NCBI GenBank assembly: GCA_002359655.1
Contig: DENL01000021.1
Coordinates: 1-63,446, forward strand
DNA length: 63,446 bases
Direction: 5' to 3'
Source of the DNA: Rickettsiales bacterium UBA2645
Lineage (GTDB): Bacteria; Pseudomonadota; Alphaproteobacteria; Rickettsiales; UBA1997
The translations under genes and the position numbers were made by a program. The notes below the pieces were generated by a model. That model saw only the letters and a program-made list of their open reading frames with translations, made no database searches and was not told where the DNA came from. Each line of letters begins with the position of its first letter. Within the stretch, counting starts at the first letter, position 1. Positions 1 to 9,860 of the stretch are shown piece after piece.

Positions 1-6
1 GAATTA

Positions 7-504
7 ATGGGTAGCAGTATATTAGCTTTTTGTCTAAAAAAAATTCTAGATCTACCAATTTTTGTTTTGGCAAATGTTGTAATCGATTTTGAACCTTTGA
101 TGGTGATGATTTTTCATCCTAATTATCCACTTCACGGATTCTGTCATACGCTAATTGGAGGAACCTTAATTGGTGCTATGTGGGGAATTTTTGCTTTTTT
201 TGCGAGAAATTTTACAAAAAAATTGATGAGAATTTTTCTGATCAACTATCAAACAAATCTCAGACTTGCTGTGACTTCTGGAATATTAGGATTTTATTTC
301 CACATCATACTTGATTCAGTGATGCATTCAGACATCAAGCCATTTTATCCATCGTCTTACAATCCTCTATATCACCTTGTTAGCGTTGATACTCTTTATT
401 TCTTATGTGCATTATTTTTCATTCCAGCTTTTATTTTGTATTTGATCCAAGCAATTAAATCTAAAACTCAGGTTTACAAATCATTAGATAAAATACGGCG
501 ATAA
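7..504 (+). CDS. Membrane-bound metal-dependent hydrolase (YdjM/DUF457-like), probably 5'-truncated by the window edge
   Basis: Hydrophobic protein with HGFCHT and HIILD..MH.D..PFYP His/Asp motifs; the frame is open from base 1. Confidence 0.65.
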   Translation: MGSSILAFCLKKILDLPIFVLANVVIDFEPLMVMIFHPNYPLHGFCHTLIGGTLIGAMWGIFAFFARNFTKKLMRIFLINYQTNLRLAVTSGILGFYFHIILDSVMHSDIKPFYPSSYNPLYHLVSVDTLYFLCALFFIPAFILYLIQAIKSKTQVYKSLDKIRR

Positions 505-928
505 TTGCAGGAAAAGCCAAAACTCCTAGAGTAATCCACCAGAGCTCCATCGTCCAATAAAGTTTTGGCAGAGTAGCATTTTTTGTGACTGACATTTTTG
601 CCATGTCACGCATTTTAATTTGTATCCAAACAACCGGTAACCAACAAAATCCAGCAAAGAAATACAATATAATTCCAAGCACAAGCCACCTGTCTTCAAG
701 TGAATATCCCTGATCTTTAGCAAGAAAAATTCCTGATATTAGCTGAATCACAATCGCTGAAGTCGTGAATAACCAATCAGCAATAACAACATTTTTTACT
801 GTAGAATAAATCACTTTAACATCCTTTTGGCGATTCGCCATGAACATATAAAAAGCACTTCCAATTCCAGTACCAAAGAGGATTGTTGAGCTAATGATGT
901 GAATTAACTTCAAAGAAAAATATTCCAT
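461..928 (-). CDS. DUF2269 family integral membrane protein
   Basis: LKLIHIISSTILFGTGIGSAF...VVIADWLFT...CWLPVVWIQ...LGVLAFPA...YLMICKP family pattern; ATG at 928 preferred over the 994 ORF start. Confidence 0.85.
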   Translation of the reverse strand: MEYFSLKLIHIISSTILFGTGIGSAFYMFMANRQKDVKVIYSTVKNVVIADWLFTTSAIVIQLISGIFLAKDQGYSLEDRWLVLGIILYFFAGFCWLPVVWIQIKMRDMAKMSVTKNATLPKLYWTMELWWITLGVLAFPAIIAVFYLMICKPEF

Positions 929-985
929 AAAACCATTATATTTTAGAAAGATATGGCAAGTTGTGTACCACCTGAAACTCAAAAA

Positions 986-1969
986 ATGTGCCAAATCTTA
1001 ATTGTTTATGATGGAGATTGCCCGTTATGCAGCGGATTTGCTCGATTATATAAAATTAAAAAATCCGTGGGAACGTTAAAAATAATTAACGCGCGCGAGG
1101 CGGATATTGAAATTATCAATCAAATAAATGCCAGAGGATTTAACCTTGATTTAGGGTTTGTAGTGAAAATTGATGAGATGTTTTATCACGGCTCGGATGC
1201 CAGTAATATTCTGGCCTTGATTGGATCTGATGTCGGAATTTTTAATCGTCTAAATATTCTAATTTTTCGTTCGAAAATTTTATCTAAAATAATTTACCCA
1301 TTTTTCCGAGCAGTACGAAATTTTGCTTTGTGGATTAAAGGCAAAAATCAGATCAATAATTTGCTAGTTGGAAAAACCATCTTTCAATCGATATTCGCTC
1401 AAAAATGGAATGATTTACCAAATGTGATGCGTGATCATTATGCTAATCGTGCATTCTGCAATGACGTTGTTATCGCAGAAGGGATAATGGAAATAGAATT
1501 CTCAAAAATTTTTGGATTATTCTCTGCGTTATTCAGAAACTTGAAAATTTTGATCGCTAAGCGCGGTAAAAATATTTTCACTCGCGTTACTTTTCGTAGC
1601 GAATCTAACTCCTCTTTTTTGCATTTTGAACGCGAATTTTTTTTTGAAAAAAACCATCCACAAAAATTCTTTTCGGCAATGGTTCAGCTAAAAGAAAATA
1701 AAGTTGCCGAAGTAATGAATTACGGCATTTCTTGGATATTTTTTTATAACTTCAACAATCAGAAAATTACTCTGAGTCATCATGGTTACGCGTTAAAAAT
1801 CGGTGAATTTTTTCTACCACTTCCTTTAACATTTTTGTTTGGAAAAGTTTACGCCGAAGAAATTGCGATTTCTGATGATGAATTTGCGATGAAGATGACA
1901 ATTACGCATTTTGTTTTTAGCGAAATTTATCGCTATCAAGGACAATTCAAAATAATTAAAAAAATATGA
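986..1969 (+). CDS. DCC1-like thiol-disulfide oxidoreductase (DUF393) fused to a DUF4166 domain
   Basis: N-terminal VYDGDCPLC motif; second half IFQSIFAQKWNDLP...LPLPLTFLFG...IYRYQGQF resembles DUF4166; ATG at 986. Confidence 0.75.
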   Translation: MCQILIVYDGDCPLCSGFARLYKIKKSVGTLKIINAREADIEIINQINARGFNLDLGFVVKIDEMFYHGSDASNILALIGSDVGIFNRLNILIFRSKILSKIIYPFFRAVRNFALWIKGKNQINNLLVGKTIFQSIFAQKWNDLPNVMRDHYANRAFCNDVVIAEGIMEIEFSKIFGLFSALFRNLKILIAKRGKNIFTRVTFRSESNSSFLHFEREFFFEKNHPQKFFSAMVQLKENKVAEVMNYGISWIFFYNFNNQKITLSHHGYALKIGEFFLPLPLTFLFGKVYAEEIAISDDEFAMKMTITHFVFSEIYRYQGQFKIIKKI

Positions 1970-3066
1970 AAAAAATTTTGATACTTGGTGGATATGGTAA
2001 CTTTGGAAAACGAATTTCTACCTCTTTGGCAAAAGCTAAATTACCAATTATAATTTCTGGCAGAGATCCAAAAAAAGCACAAAATCTTGCCAATGAATTA
2101 GCTAAAAAATTTCCCAATTCATTAGTTGCAATTACAGCTATAGATACCAAAAAGAATTTTTCTAAAACACTTAAAGAACTAAATCCATATCTAGTCATAA
2201 ACACTGTTGGTCCTTTCCAGACAAGCGATTACAGTGTCGCCAAAGATTGTATCACACAGTCAATTAATTACATCGATTTAGCTGATGGCAGAGATTTTGT
2301 CTGCGAAATTTCAACTCTTAATCAAGCTGCACAAAATTCTGGATCGATTGTAATCAGCGGAGCTAGCACAGTTCCGGGACTGAGCTCTGCAGTTCTGGAA
2401 AAATTCAAAACACAATTTTCTAAAATTGATTCTCTCACTTTTGGAATTGCTCCGGGACAAAAAGCTGAACGTGGTTTGGCAACAACAAAAGCAATTTTAA
2501 CTTATATCGGAAAACCACTTAAACCAAGCGCTGGAAGCAGTAAAATTAGATATGGCTGGCAAGATTTATATCGCATCAAATATCCAGAGATTGGAAGCAG
2601 ATGGATGGCCAATTGCGATATTCCTGATTTGGATTTACTGCCGTCACGCTACAATATCGATTCTATCAAATTTTCCGCCGGAATGGAAAACTCATTTTTA
2701 CATCTAGGCATCTGGTTTTTTTCTTGGTTGGTTCGCTTTGGATTTTTAAAGAATTTACCAAATCACGCCAAAACTTTATTAAGCTTAAGCCATTGTTTTG
2801 ACATATTGGGCAGCAATGACGGTGGTATGCATATGATCATCAAAGGCAAAGATCTAAATGGAAAAGAAAAAGAGGTTAGATGGTTTATTATCGCTAAAAA
2901 TGGTGATGGTCCACAAATTCCAACCATTCCTGCGATCATTCTCGCTAAAAAAATTATCTCTGGAAACTTAAACAAAACTGGCGCTTTTCCTTGTATGGCA
3001 ATGGTTACTCTTGATGAGTATTTTGAGGAGCTCAAAGAATTTAGTGTATCACAACACATCTTTTAG
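1966..3066 (+). CDS. Saccharopine dehydrogenase-like NAD(P)-binding oxidoreductase
   Basis: ILILGGYGNFG Rossmann motif, INTVGPFQ, YIDLAD, SGASTVPGLS; start overlaps the upstream stop. Confidence 0.88.
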   Translation: MKKILILGGYGNFGKRISTSLAKAKLPIIISGRDPKKAQNLANELAKKFPNSLVAITAIDTKKNFSKTLKELNPYLVINTVGPFQTSDYSVAKDCITQSINYIDLADGRDFVCEISTLNQAAQNSGSIVISGASTVPGLSSAVLEKFKTQFSKIDSLTFGIAPGQKAERGLATTKAILTYIGKPLKPSAGSSKIRYGWQDLYRIKYPEIGSRWMANCDIPDLDLLPSRYNIDSIKFSAGMENSFLHLGIWFFSWLVRFGFLKNLPNHAKTLLSLSHCFDILGSNDGGMHMIIKGKDLNGKEKEVRWFIIAKNGDGPQIPTIPAIILAKKIISGNLNKTGAFPCMAMVTLDEYFEELKEFSVSQHIF

Positions 3067-3381
3067 CTCATGCCTCAGATTTATTATTTTATCATGTCTT
3101 GTAGTTTGGAAATGGCGATGGAGATTTGGAGATGAATTGCTTTACAACCAAACAATATAAAAACTTCACGAGCTTTTTTATCGAACTTTCTCAAACCAAC
3201 TGAGCATAAAAAGTTTCGAACTCGGTCTATTTTCAACTCGTATTTAAACAACCCGCCTTGGGAGAAATAAAATCAGGAGTTGGTGAGTTCGAAAAATTAC
3301 TTGGTAAGCGGTTTAAAGTTTCAAACTTAAATATAAGTGAAATTTAAAATAAAAGTCCTTCATCCCTTCGGTATATGGAAA

Positions 3382-3446
3382 CGCGACACGAGTCGCGCCC
3401 CGCATTGCGGGGAACCCCATCCCGTATGTCAACGGGACATACGGGA
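3382..3446. repeat. GC-rich cluster of three tandem hairpins (REP/palindromic-element-like or structured RNA)
   Basis: cgcgac/gtcgcg (3382-3397), ccccgc/gcgggg (3398-3412) and tcccgtatgtc/gacatacggga (3420-3446) in AT-rich intergenic DNA. Confidence 0.6.
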
Positions 3447-3625
3447 AATAAAATTTCCTTATTTAGAAATACGCAACCGCAGAGGCAACTAAAATAAACT
3501 CGTAATTTTTGCCAAAAAAGAATTTCAAAAAATAAAGGTGGAATTAAAAAAACAAATAATAGCTTCATACATACAAGTTATTAGCAATCATTTCCATAAA
3601 ACTTTTCACCAAATTTAACCACTAT

Positions 3626-4288
3626 ATGAACGAACAATCTCAACTAGAAAATCAACAACCTAGAATCAAAAGAATCTCTGCTAGTTTAGCTTTAAGCTGG
3701 ATATTAAGTGGCCTTTTTATTTTTGACGGTGCTTTCAATCTTCTTTCAAGACCTTTGGTATCTTTGATTTATCTTCTTATGGTTCTTGTTATATTTCCTC
3801 CTTTCAATAGATTTATTGAGAAAAAATGCAGTTTTTATTTCTCTAGAGGAATGAAAATCCTTTTGATTTTGGTTGGGTTCATAGCAATAGGTTTTACGAT
3901 TATGAATAAAAAATATGAAACCAATATTTCTGCTTTTCATATTAGTGCGTCAGAGCTTTGTAACAAATACAGCACTAATGAAATTATGGCTGATGAATTG
4001 TATAAAGATAAACTGCTGGAGGTTGCTGGATCCATTACAAAAGTAACTAAAAACAGCGTTTTGATTACAGGAAGTAATATTTTTAGTGTTGTAAAGTGCG
4101 AGCTTACTATTAATTCAAAAGACAGAGCCGCTTTTTTAGAAAAAAACCAGACTATTACTGTAAGAGGATTTAACGCAGGTAAAATTAGAGAAGTAATTAC
4201 TCTAAAGCGTTGCGAGATAATAAATGTGTTAAAACAACCTGCAGAAGAAGATCTTTCTCAGAGTTCAAAATCGGCTGTAGCAAAGTAG
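3626..4288 (+). CDS. Membrane-anchored OB-fold protein (tRNA_anti-like family)
   Basis: Three N-terminal TM segments then ISASELCNKYSTNEIMADELYKDKLLEVAGSITKV...QTITVRG...LKRC. Confidence 0.75.
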   Translation: MNEQSQLENQQPRIKRISASLALSWILSGLFIFDGAFNLLSRPLVSLIYLLMVLVIFPPFNRFIEKKCSFYFSRGMKILLILVGFIAIGFTIMNKKYETNISAFHISASELCNKYSTNEIMADELYKDKLLEVAGSITKVTKNSVLITGSNIFSVVKCELTINSKDRAAFLEKNQTITVRGFNAGKIREVITLKRCEIINVLKQPAEEDLSQSSKSAVAK

Positions 4289-4352
4289 AAGGTTTTAATT
4301 CCTGCATAAAAAGTTCGAAACTTGTCAAGAGTTAGGAGCCGTAACAAAAATT

Positions 4353-4856
4353 ATGAATAATGTTCAAATATTAACCCGCTACAAGGCTTGGGCAAATGAA
4401 ATTATTTTCACTACTGTCGCTTCATTACCAGAGGGCGAAGCTTTAAAAAAGCGCTTAACCAGATATAGAAATATGGTTCGCACTCTTAACCATGTATATG
4501 TTATTGATTTAGTTTTTTAGGCACATCTTGAAGGAAAGAAGCACAATTTCAAACCTAGAAATACCGAAACTCATCCACCTCTTGAAGAACTTTGGGAAGC
4601 AGTAAAAATCACTGATAAATATTATATTTCTCTAAGCGATAAATTATCTGATGAGCAATTAAAGGAAGTTATAAATTTCGACTTTATTGGTGGCGGCAAA
4701 GGTTTTATGACTCGCGAAGAAATAATTCTTCATATCGTAAATCACGGAACATATCACCGAGGATTAGTTTCGGATATGATGTATCAAGTTCCATTGGTTC
4801 CCCCATCAACGGATCTGCCAGTTTTTTTGCGAGATATTTTTAAAAAATCTTCCTAA
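4353..4856 (+). pseudogene. DinB/YfiT family protein with an in-frame TAG at 4518-4520
   Basis: Manual translation: MNNVQILTRYKAWANE...TLNHVYVIDLVF*AHLEG...EIILHIVNHGTYHRG...PPSTDLPVFLR; DinB His triad intact; missed by the ORF track. Confidence 0.85.
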
Positions 4857-4866
4857 CCAACAAATC

Positions 4867-5463
4867 ATGAAAGTTTCGATTCTAACATTTGAAGGTTTTA
4901 ACGAACTAGACTCGTTTATTGCTTTTGGAATTTTAAATCGCTTACGAAGCAAAGGCTTGCAAGTTAGTATCACCGGACCATCTCCAAAAATAACTTCAAT
5001 GAATGGCGTAACAATAGAAAAAACGAAAGCGCTAGAGTCTGCTTCTGAGTCAGACGCGGTGTTATTTGGCAGCGGAGTCCATACCAAAAAAATTGCACAG
5101 AATCCGTCGATATTAAATCGCATCAAATTAGATCCAAATCGCCAATTAATTGGTGCGCAATGCTCTGGCACATTGTTGATGGCAAAATTAGGATTAATCA
5201 AAAACCTTCCTGCTTGCACCGATCTTACCACGAAACCTTGGGCAATCGAAGCTGGAGTTAAAATTATAGATGCGCCTTTTTATGCTGATAAAAATTTGAG
5301 CACCGCTGGCGGATGCATGTCTTCACAATATCTAGCCGCTTGGACAATCGCAAAATTATTTAATAAAGATGAGGCCGCAAAAGCAATTTATTATGTCGCG
5401 CCAGTAGGGCAAAAAGAGGAATATGTGGATATGGTGATGAAGGTTGTGACAAAATTTCTGTAA
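4867..5463 (+). CDS. DJ-1/PfpI family protein
   Basis: ILTFEGFNELD, GAQCSG nucleophile elbow, TAGGC. Confidence 0.88.
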   Translation: MKVSILTFEGFNELDSFIAFGILNRLRSKGLQVSITGPSPKITSMNGVTIEKTKALESASESDAVLFGSGVHTKKIAQNPSILNRIKLDPNRQLIGAQCSGTLLMAKLGLIKNLPACTDLTTKPWAIEAGVKIIDAPFYADKNLSTAGGCMSSQYLAAWTIAKLFNKDEAAKAIYYVAPVGQKEEYVDMVMKVVTKFL

Positions 5464-5608
5464 AATTTTTACTAAAATTTAAGATTCTGAGTGATAGCTC
5501 TAAAATTCATTACCTCTTCATAAATCTTAGTTCGTAACTGAGAACGGCATGCTCCACAACAAGTTCTATGAATCACGCCTCATCTCAAAAAATGAAAAAA
5601 ATCGTACT

Positions 5609-6181
5609 CTACTTTACAGAATTCATCAACATTAACTTCAAAACTTCTTTAGCAATTAGGGCAATCTTTGGATCTCGTTTTGATTGGCTGTAAATCATGG
5701 TGCCTTGCAATAAAATTAAAATTTGCTGAGACAATTTTTTTGGGTTTTTATATTTAGCCTCTTTGCATAACTTAAATATAAAATTTTGTAACTGATCTAC
5801 AAACTGCAAACACTCAGATTCTATTTCTTTATTTTTACCCTCAAACTCTATTCGGGCATTGACAGCAAAGCATCCAGAATAATTTCGGCGTTTTAATTTT
5901 TCATATTTCATATCAAAAATTGCAGCGATTTTTTTTGCCGGATTTTTGCAGCGTTTTTTCAGCTCTAGGTCCATCGCGTTAAAAAAGTTTTTTTTATAAA
6001 ATACGATTGCCTCACGGATTAAATCTTCTTTGCTAGAAAAATATTTATACAAAGTGCGCTTAGAAATTCCTGATTCTAGTAATAGTTTATCAACTCCAGT
6101 TGCGTGAAAGCCTTGTTCGTAGAAGGTTTCAAAGGCTAATTTAATTATCTCTTTTTTCTTGTTTGTATCTTTTAAAATCAT
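5609..6181 (-). CDS. TetR/AcrR family regulator (NemR-like), divergent from the redox operon
   Basis: FYEQGFHATGVDKLLLESGISKRTLYKYFSSKEDL HTH; GCFAVN Cys motif. Confidence 0.92.
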   Translation of the reverse strand: MILKDTNKKKEIIKLAFETFYEQGFHATGVDKLLLESGISKRTLYKYFSSKEDLIREAIVFYKKNFFNAMDLELKKRCKNPAKKIAAIFDMKYEKLKRRNYSGCFAVNARIEFEGKNKEIESECLQFVDQLQNFIFKLCKEAKYKNPKKLSQQILILLQGTMIYSQSKRDPKIALIAKEVLKLMLMNSVK

Positions 6182-6204
6182 TTGAAGAAAATTAATTTGA
6201 CACT

Positions 6205-6251
6205 GTAAACTGACCTGTTTACTACTTGGTCAGGTAAACTACTTTGTTTAC
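6205..6251. promoter_or_regulatory. Two TetR-type operators GTAAAC-N6-GTTTAC
   Basis: gtaaactgacctgtttac (6205-6222) and gtaaactactttgtttac (6234-6251) between the divergent genes, next to ttgaca at 6197-6202. Confidence 0.8.
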
Positions 6252-6285
6252 TTTTTAACTTAAAATCAACTTGAATTAAATAAAT

Positions 6286-6828
6286 ATGAAACGTCTTAAT
6301 CCTCAAACAATAGAGTCAGCTCCTGAAGGTTCTAAAGAGACTCTGCGTAACATTCAAAAAGCATACGGTTTTATCCCAAATTTGATGGCAACATTTGCCA
6401 ATTCGCCGTCAGTTCTAAATGGTTATTTGGCGATGGATAATGCTTGGGAAAAATCTTCACTTTCACCAAGAGAGAGGCAAATTATATTACTCGCAACCTC
6501 AGTTGAAAATCATTGTAACTATTGCAAAGCAGCTCACTCAACTATTCTAAAAAATATGATGAAAGTTGATGCTGATATTGTTTCTGCAGTTCGCGAAAAC
6601 AGAACTCTTTCAGATAATAAACTTAATGTCTTAGTTAAATTTACTAAAGAAGTTGTCAGTAAACGTGGTCAAGTTTCTGAAGAGACCAAAGCTGAATTCT
6701 TTAAAAATGGTTTTAGTGAAGTACAAATGATGGAAGTAATTATTGGCGTGGCTCTGAAAACCGTTAGCAATTATACTGATCACTTAAACCCAGTTGAAAT
6801 TGATGCTGAATTCAAAGCAGAGGCTTAA
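6286..6828 (+). CDS. Carboxymuconolactone decarboxylase/AhpD-like alkylhydroperoxidase
   Basis: GFIPNL...ERQIILLATSVENHCNYCKAAH (CxxC...H). Confidence 0.88.
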   Translation: MKRLNPQTIESAPEGSKETLRNIQKAYGFIPNLMATFANSPSVLNGYLAMDNAWEKSSLSPRERQIILLATSVENHCNYCKAAHSTILKNMMKVDADIVSAVRENRTLSDNKLNVLVKFTKEVVSKRGQVSEETKAEFFKNGFSEVQMMEVIIGVALKTVSNYTDHLNPVEIDAEFKAEA

Positions 6829-6916
6829 TAACAAATCTACTTAAAACTCGACCAATTTGCTTTGGCATAGTTTGGTTCTTAACAAATACAACTTTAATAA
6901 TTCAGGATTTAAAAAT

Positions 6917-7426
6917 ATGAAAATCTCAATGTACCAATCATCAATTCCAGTTTTTGTTCACAATTTAACTAACCTTTCAAACATTTTAAAGAAAGCTTCT
7001 GAGCACGCTAATAATAAAAAAATAGATGAGAGCGTTTTTATTAATGCTCGTTTATTTCCTGATATGTTTCCGCTTTCTCGCCAAGTTCAAATTGCTTGCG
7101 ACGTTGTGAAAGGTGGAGTAGCAAGACTTGCTGGAGTTGAATTGCCAAGTTTTCCTGATACAGAAACTACCTTTGCAGAACTACAATCACGAGTCACTAA
7201 AACTATAGAATTTATTAGTAACTTTAAATCTGATCAAATTGATAACACCGAAGGAAAAGTAATTTCTTTGCAAGTTGGTGGAAATGAAATGAAATTTGAG
7301 GGTCAGACTTACTTACTAAATTTTGTAATCCCGAATTTATATTTTCACATTACGACTACTTACTCTATATTGCGCAGCAATGGCGTTGATATCGGTAAAC
7401 TAGATTTCCTTGGTAAAATTCAATAA
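6917..7426 (+). CDS. DUF1993 family protein
   Basis: ARLFPDMFPLSRQVQIACD...PNLYFHITTTYSILRSNGVDIGKLDFLG; ATG at 6917. Confidence 0.9.
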   Translation: MKISMYQSSIPVFVHNLTNLSNILKKASEHANNKKIDESVFINARLFPDMFPLSRQVQIACDVVKGGVARLAGVELPSFPDTETTFAELQSRVTKTIEFISNFKSDQIDNTEGKVISLQVGGNEMKFEGQTYLLNFVIPNLYFHITTTYSILRSNGVDIGKLDFLGKIQ

Positions 7427-7452
7427 ATAATAATCACTTCAAAGTTAAAATT

Positions 7453-8037
7453 ATGTCTAAAACAATCTCAGTTCTTTATCACAGCGGCTATGGCCACACC
7501 ACAAAAGTTGCAAATGCAATTGCCGAAGGCGCAAAAACTAAAAATGTAAATGTACAAATTCATGCAATTGATGCTGAGGGAAATTTAAGCGAAGCAGCTT
7601 GGAATTCTCTTGATGCGTCTGACGCCATAATTATGGGTTCGCCAACCTATATGGGCGGACCATCTTGGCAGTTCAAAAAATTTGTTGATGCCTCTTCAAA
7701 GCGCTGGATGGCTCAGACTTGGAAAAATAAAATCGCTGCTGGCTTTACCAATTCAGCTTCTTACTCAGGAGACAAGCTTGCAACTTTGCAACAGATTTGG
7801 ATTTTAGCCATGCAACAAGGCATGATTTGGGTTGGTCAGGCTGAAATGGCGCCTTCTTTTGAAGGTCTGGAAGTGCCAAGCGTCGAATTAATAAATCGTC
7901 TTGGTAGTTTTAGCGGTCTTATGACTCAGTCCAATCATAAGTCTGGCCCTGATATTGTGCCACCTAAAGGAGATTTAGAAACTGCTCGCTCATTTGGTAA
8001 AAGAATCGCTGAAATCACTAACGGTTTTGGTCTGTAA
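7453..8037 (+). CDS. Flavodoxin-family NAD(P)H-dependent oxidoreductase (WrbA-like)
   Basis: YHSGYGHT, GSPTYMG, AAGFTNS..SGDK, DLETARSFGKR. Confidence 0.88.
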   Translation: MSKTISVLYHSGYGHTTKVANAIAEGAKTKNVNVQIHAIDAEGNLSEAAWNSLDASDAIIMGSPTYMGGPSWQFKKFVDASSKRWMAQTWKNKIAAGFTNSASYSGDKLATLQQIWILAMQQGMIWVGQAEMAPSFEGLEVPSVELINRLGSFSGLMTQSNHKSGPDIVPPKGDLETARSFGKRIAEITNGFGL

Positions 8038-8050
8038 TTTTTTTTAAAAC

Positions 8051-8084
8051 TCTTCGCATGAGGTTGAAAAACCTTATGCGAAGA
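8051..8084. terminator. Hairpin between convergent operons (likely bidirectional terminator)
   Basis: tcttcgcatgagg...ccttatgcgaaga inverted repeat between the flavodoxin stop and the ABC permease stop. Confidence 0.6.
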
Positions 8085-8101
8085 CATCAGCCAAAAATGG
8101 C

Positions 8102-8863
8102 TTACTTCCTCAAACGATATCCAGTTTTGAAAATCCAATTAATGATTAAGAGACAAACAATAGTAAATACCGCAATCATAACAACACTTGTGGTAATACT
8201 AACATCACCTTGCTCATAGAAGCTCCAGCGGAAACCACTCACCAGATAAACTACTGGATTAGCCAGTGAAATTTGATGCCAGAATGGTGGCAAAATATTG
8301 ATGGAATAAAAGCTACCGCCCAAAAAAGTCAGTGGCGTAATAACTAATAGCGGAATAAGTTGCAGCTTCTCAAATCCATCAGCCCAAATACCGATGATGA
8401 ATCCAAGCAAACTGAATGTTACGCTAGTCATAACAAGAAAAAATATCATCCATAGCGGGTGCGCCACTTGTAGAGGTACGAAGAATGTCGCAGTAATCAG
8501 CACAATCGTACCAATAATTATCGACTTACTTGCCGCCGCACCAACATATCCAATGACAATTTCTACAAAAGAAAGTGGCGCAGATAAAATTTCGTAAATA
8601 GTGCCAGTAAAGCGCGGAAAATAAATTCCAAACGAAGCGTTTGAAACGCTTTGCCCAAGCACAGTGAGCATTATCAAACCCGGAACAATAAAAGCACTGT
8701 ATGGCACTCCGTCAATTGCTTGCATGCGTGATCCAATAGCCGAACCAAATACGATAAAATAAAGAACGGTTGAAATTACTGGTGAGGCGATGCTTTGCCC
8801 AATTGTCCGCAAAGTGCGCCCCATTTCAAAATTATAAATGGCCAAGATTCCACGAAAGTTCAT
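8102..8863 (-). CDS. ABC-2 type transporter permease (YadH-like)
   Basis: [46 protein letters not shown]. Confidence 0.92.
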   Translation of the reverse strand: MNFRGILAIYNFEMGRTLRTIGQSIASPVISTVLYFIVFGSAIGSRMQAIDGVPYSAFIVPGLIMLTVLGQSVSNASFGIYFPRFTGTIYEILSAPLSFVEIVIGYVGAAASKSIIIGTIVLITATFFVPLQVAHPLWMIFFLVMTSVTFSLLGFIIGIWADGFEKLQLIPLLVITPLTFLGGSFYSINILPPFWHQISLANPVVYLVSGFRWSFYEQGDVSITTSVVMIAVFTIVCLLIINWIFKTGYRLRK

Positions 8864-9786
8864 ACTGCCTCCACTAATTCAATAAAAATTTCTTCTAAGC
8901 TGCTCTGACGGCTATAAATATCTTTAGGGCGAATGCCGTTTGATTTAAGATTATCCAGCATTTCTGAAATATCATTTTCACCCTGAGCATCGTAGGTGAG
9001 AACTAACTTACTACCTTCTTCCTCAAGCTTAAACATATGATTTTCTAGGGACGGCGGAATTGAAGCAAGTGGCTGGCGCAGCACAAAAATCATCTGACGC
9101 TTACCCATTTTTTGCATCAATATATTTTTATCCTCAGTTAAAATTAATTTGCCTTTGTTAATAACGCCAACGCGGTCAGCCATTTCTTGAGCTTCTTCGA
9201 TGTAGTGCGTTGTGAGGATAACAGTCACTCCAGTTTCGCTGAAAGCTCGCACTTGTGCCCACATTGATTTGCGCAACTCTACGTCAACACCAGCTGAAGG
9301 TTCATCAAGAAATAAAATTTCAGGTTCATGCGATAATGCTTTGGCAATCATAACACGACGCTTCATGCCGCCAGAGAGTCTTCGAATCTGTTCATTTTTT
9401 TTATCCCATAACGACAAACGTTTAAGAGTATCTTCAATATATGCCGGATTACGCGGCTTGCCAAACAAGCCTCGACTAAAAGTTACCGTGTTCCATACCG
9501 ATTCGAAAGCATCAGTAGTAAGTTCTTGCGGCACCAAGCCGAGAGATGAGCGCGCCTGACGATATTGTTTAATATTATCAAAACCAGAAACAGTAATGCT
9601 GCCGTTAGTTGGCTGGACAATACCACAGATCGTATTGATAAGCGTGCTTTTCCCTGCTCCATTTGGCCCTAAAAGGGCAAAAATTTCACCGCGTTTAATT
9701 TCAAGATTAATATCATCAAGCGCCTTAAAACCATTGCCATAGGTTTTGTTTAATCCTTTTACCGCTATTGCAACATTATTTATCAT
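8860..9786 (-). CDS. ABC transporter ATP-binding protein (YadG-like)
   Basis: [27 protein letters not shown]. Confidence 0.95.
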   Translation of the reverse strand: MINNVAIAVKGLNKTYGNGFKALDDINLEIKRGEIFALLGPNGAGKSTLINTICGIVQPTNGSITVSGFDNIKQYRQARSSLGLVPQELTTDAFESVWNTVTFSRGLFGKPRNPAYIEDTLKRLSLWDKKNEQIRRLSGGMKRRVMIAKALSHEPEILFLDEPSAGVDVELRKSMWAQVRAFSETGVTVILTTHYIEEAQEMADRVGVINKGKLILTEDKNILMQKMGKRQMIFVLRQPLASIPPSLENHMFKLEEEGSKLVLTYDAQGENDISEMLDNLKSNGIRPKDIYSRQSSLEEIFIELVEAV

Positions 9787-9860
9787 GCGACTGGAATTGA
9801 GATTGAGACATTGAAACTTTCATATTTTGTGAATCCTAAATTGTTAAAATTACATTTGCT

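Noticed and set aside
3344-3568. 74-aa minus-strand ORF spanning the hairpin cluster
   Set aside because: No family motif; the GC-rich part is better explained by secondary structure
5500-5590. Possible transposase C-terminal remnant on the minus strand (ELVVEHAVLSYELRFMKR)
   Set aside because: Too short and non-specific to support
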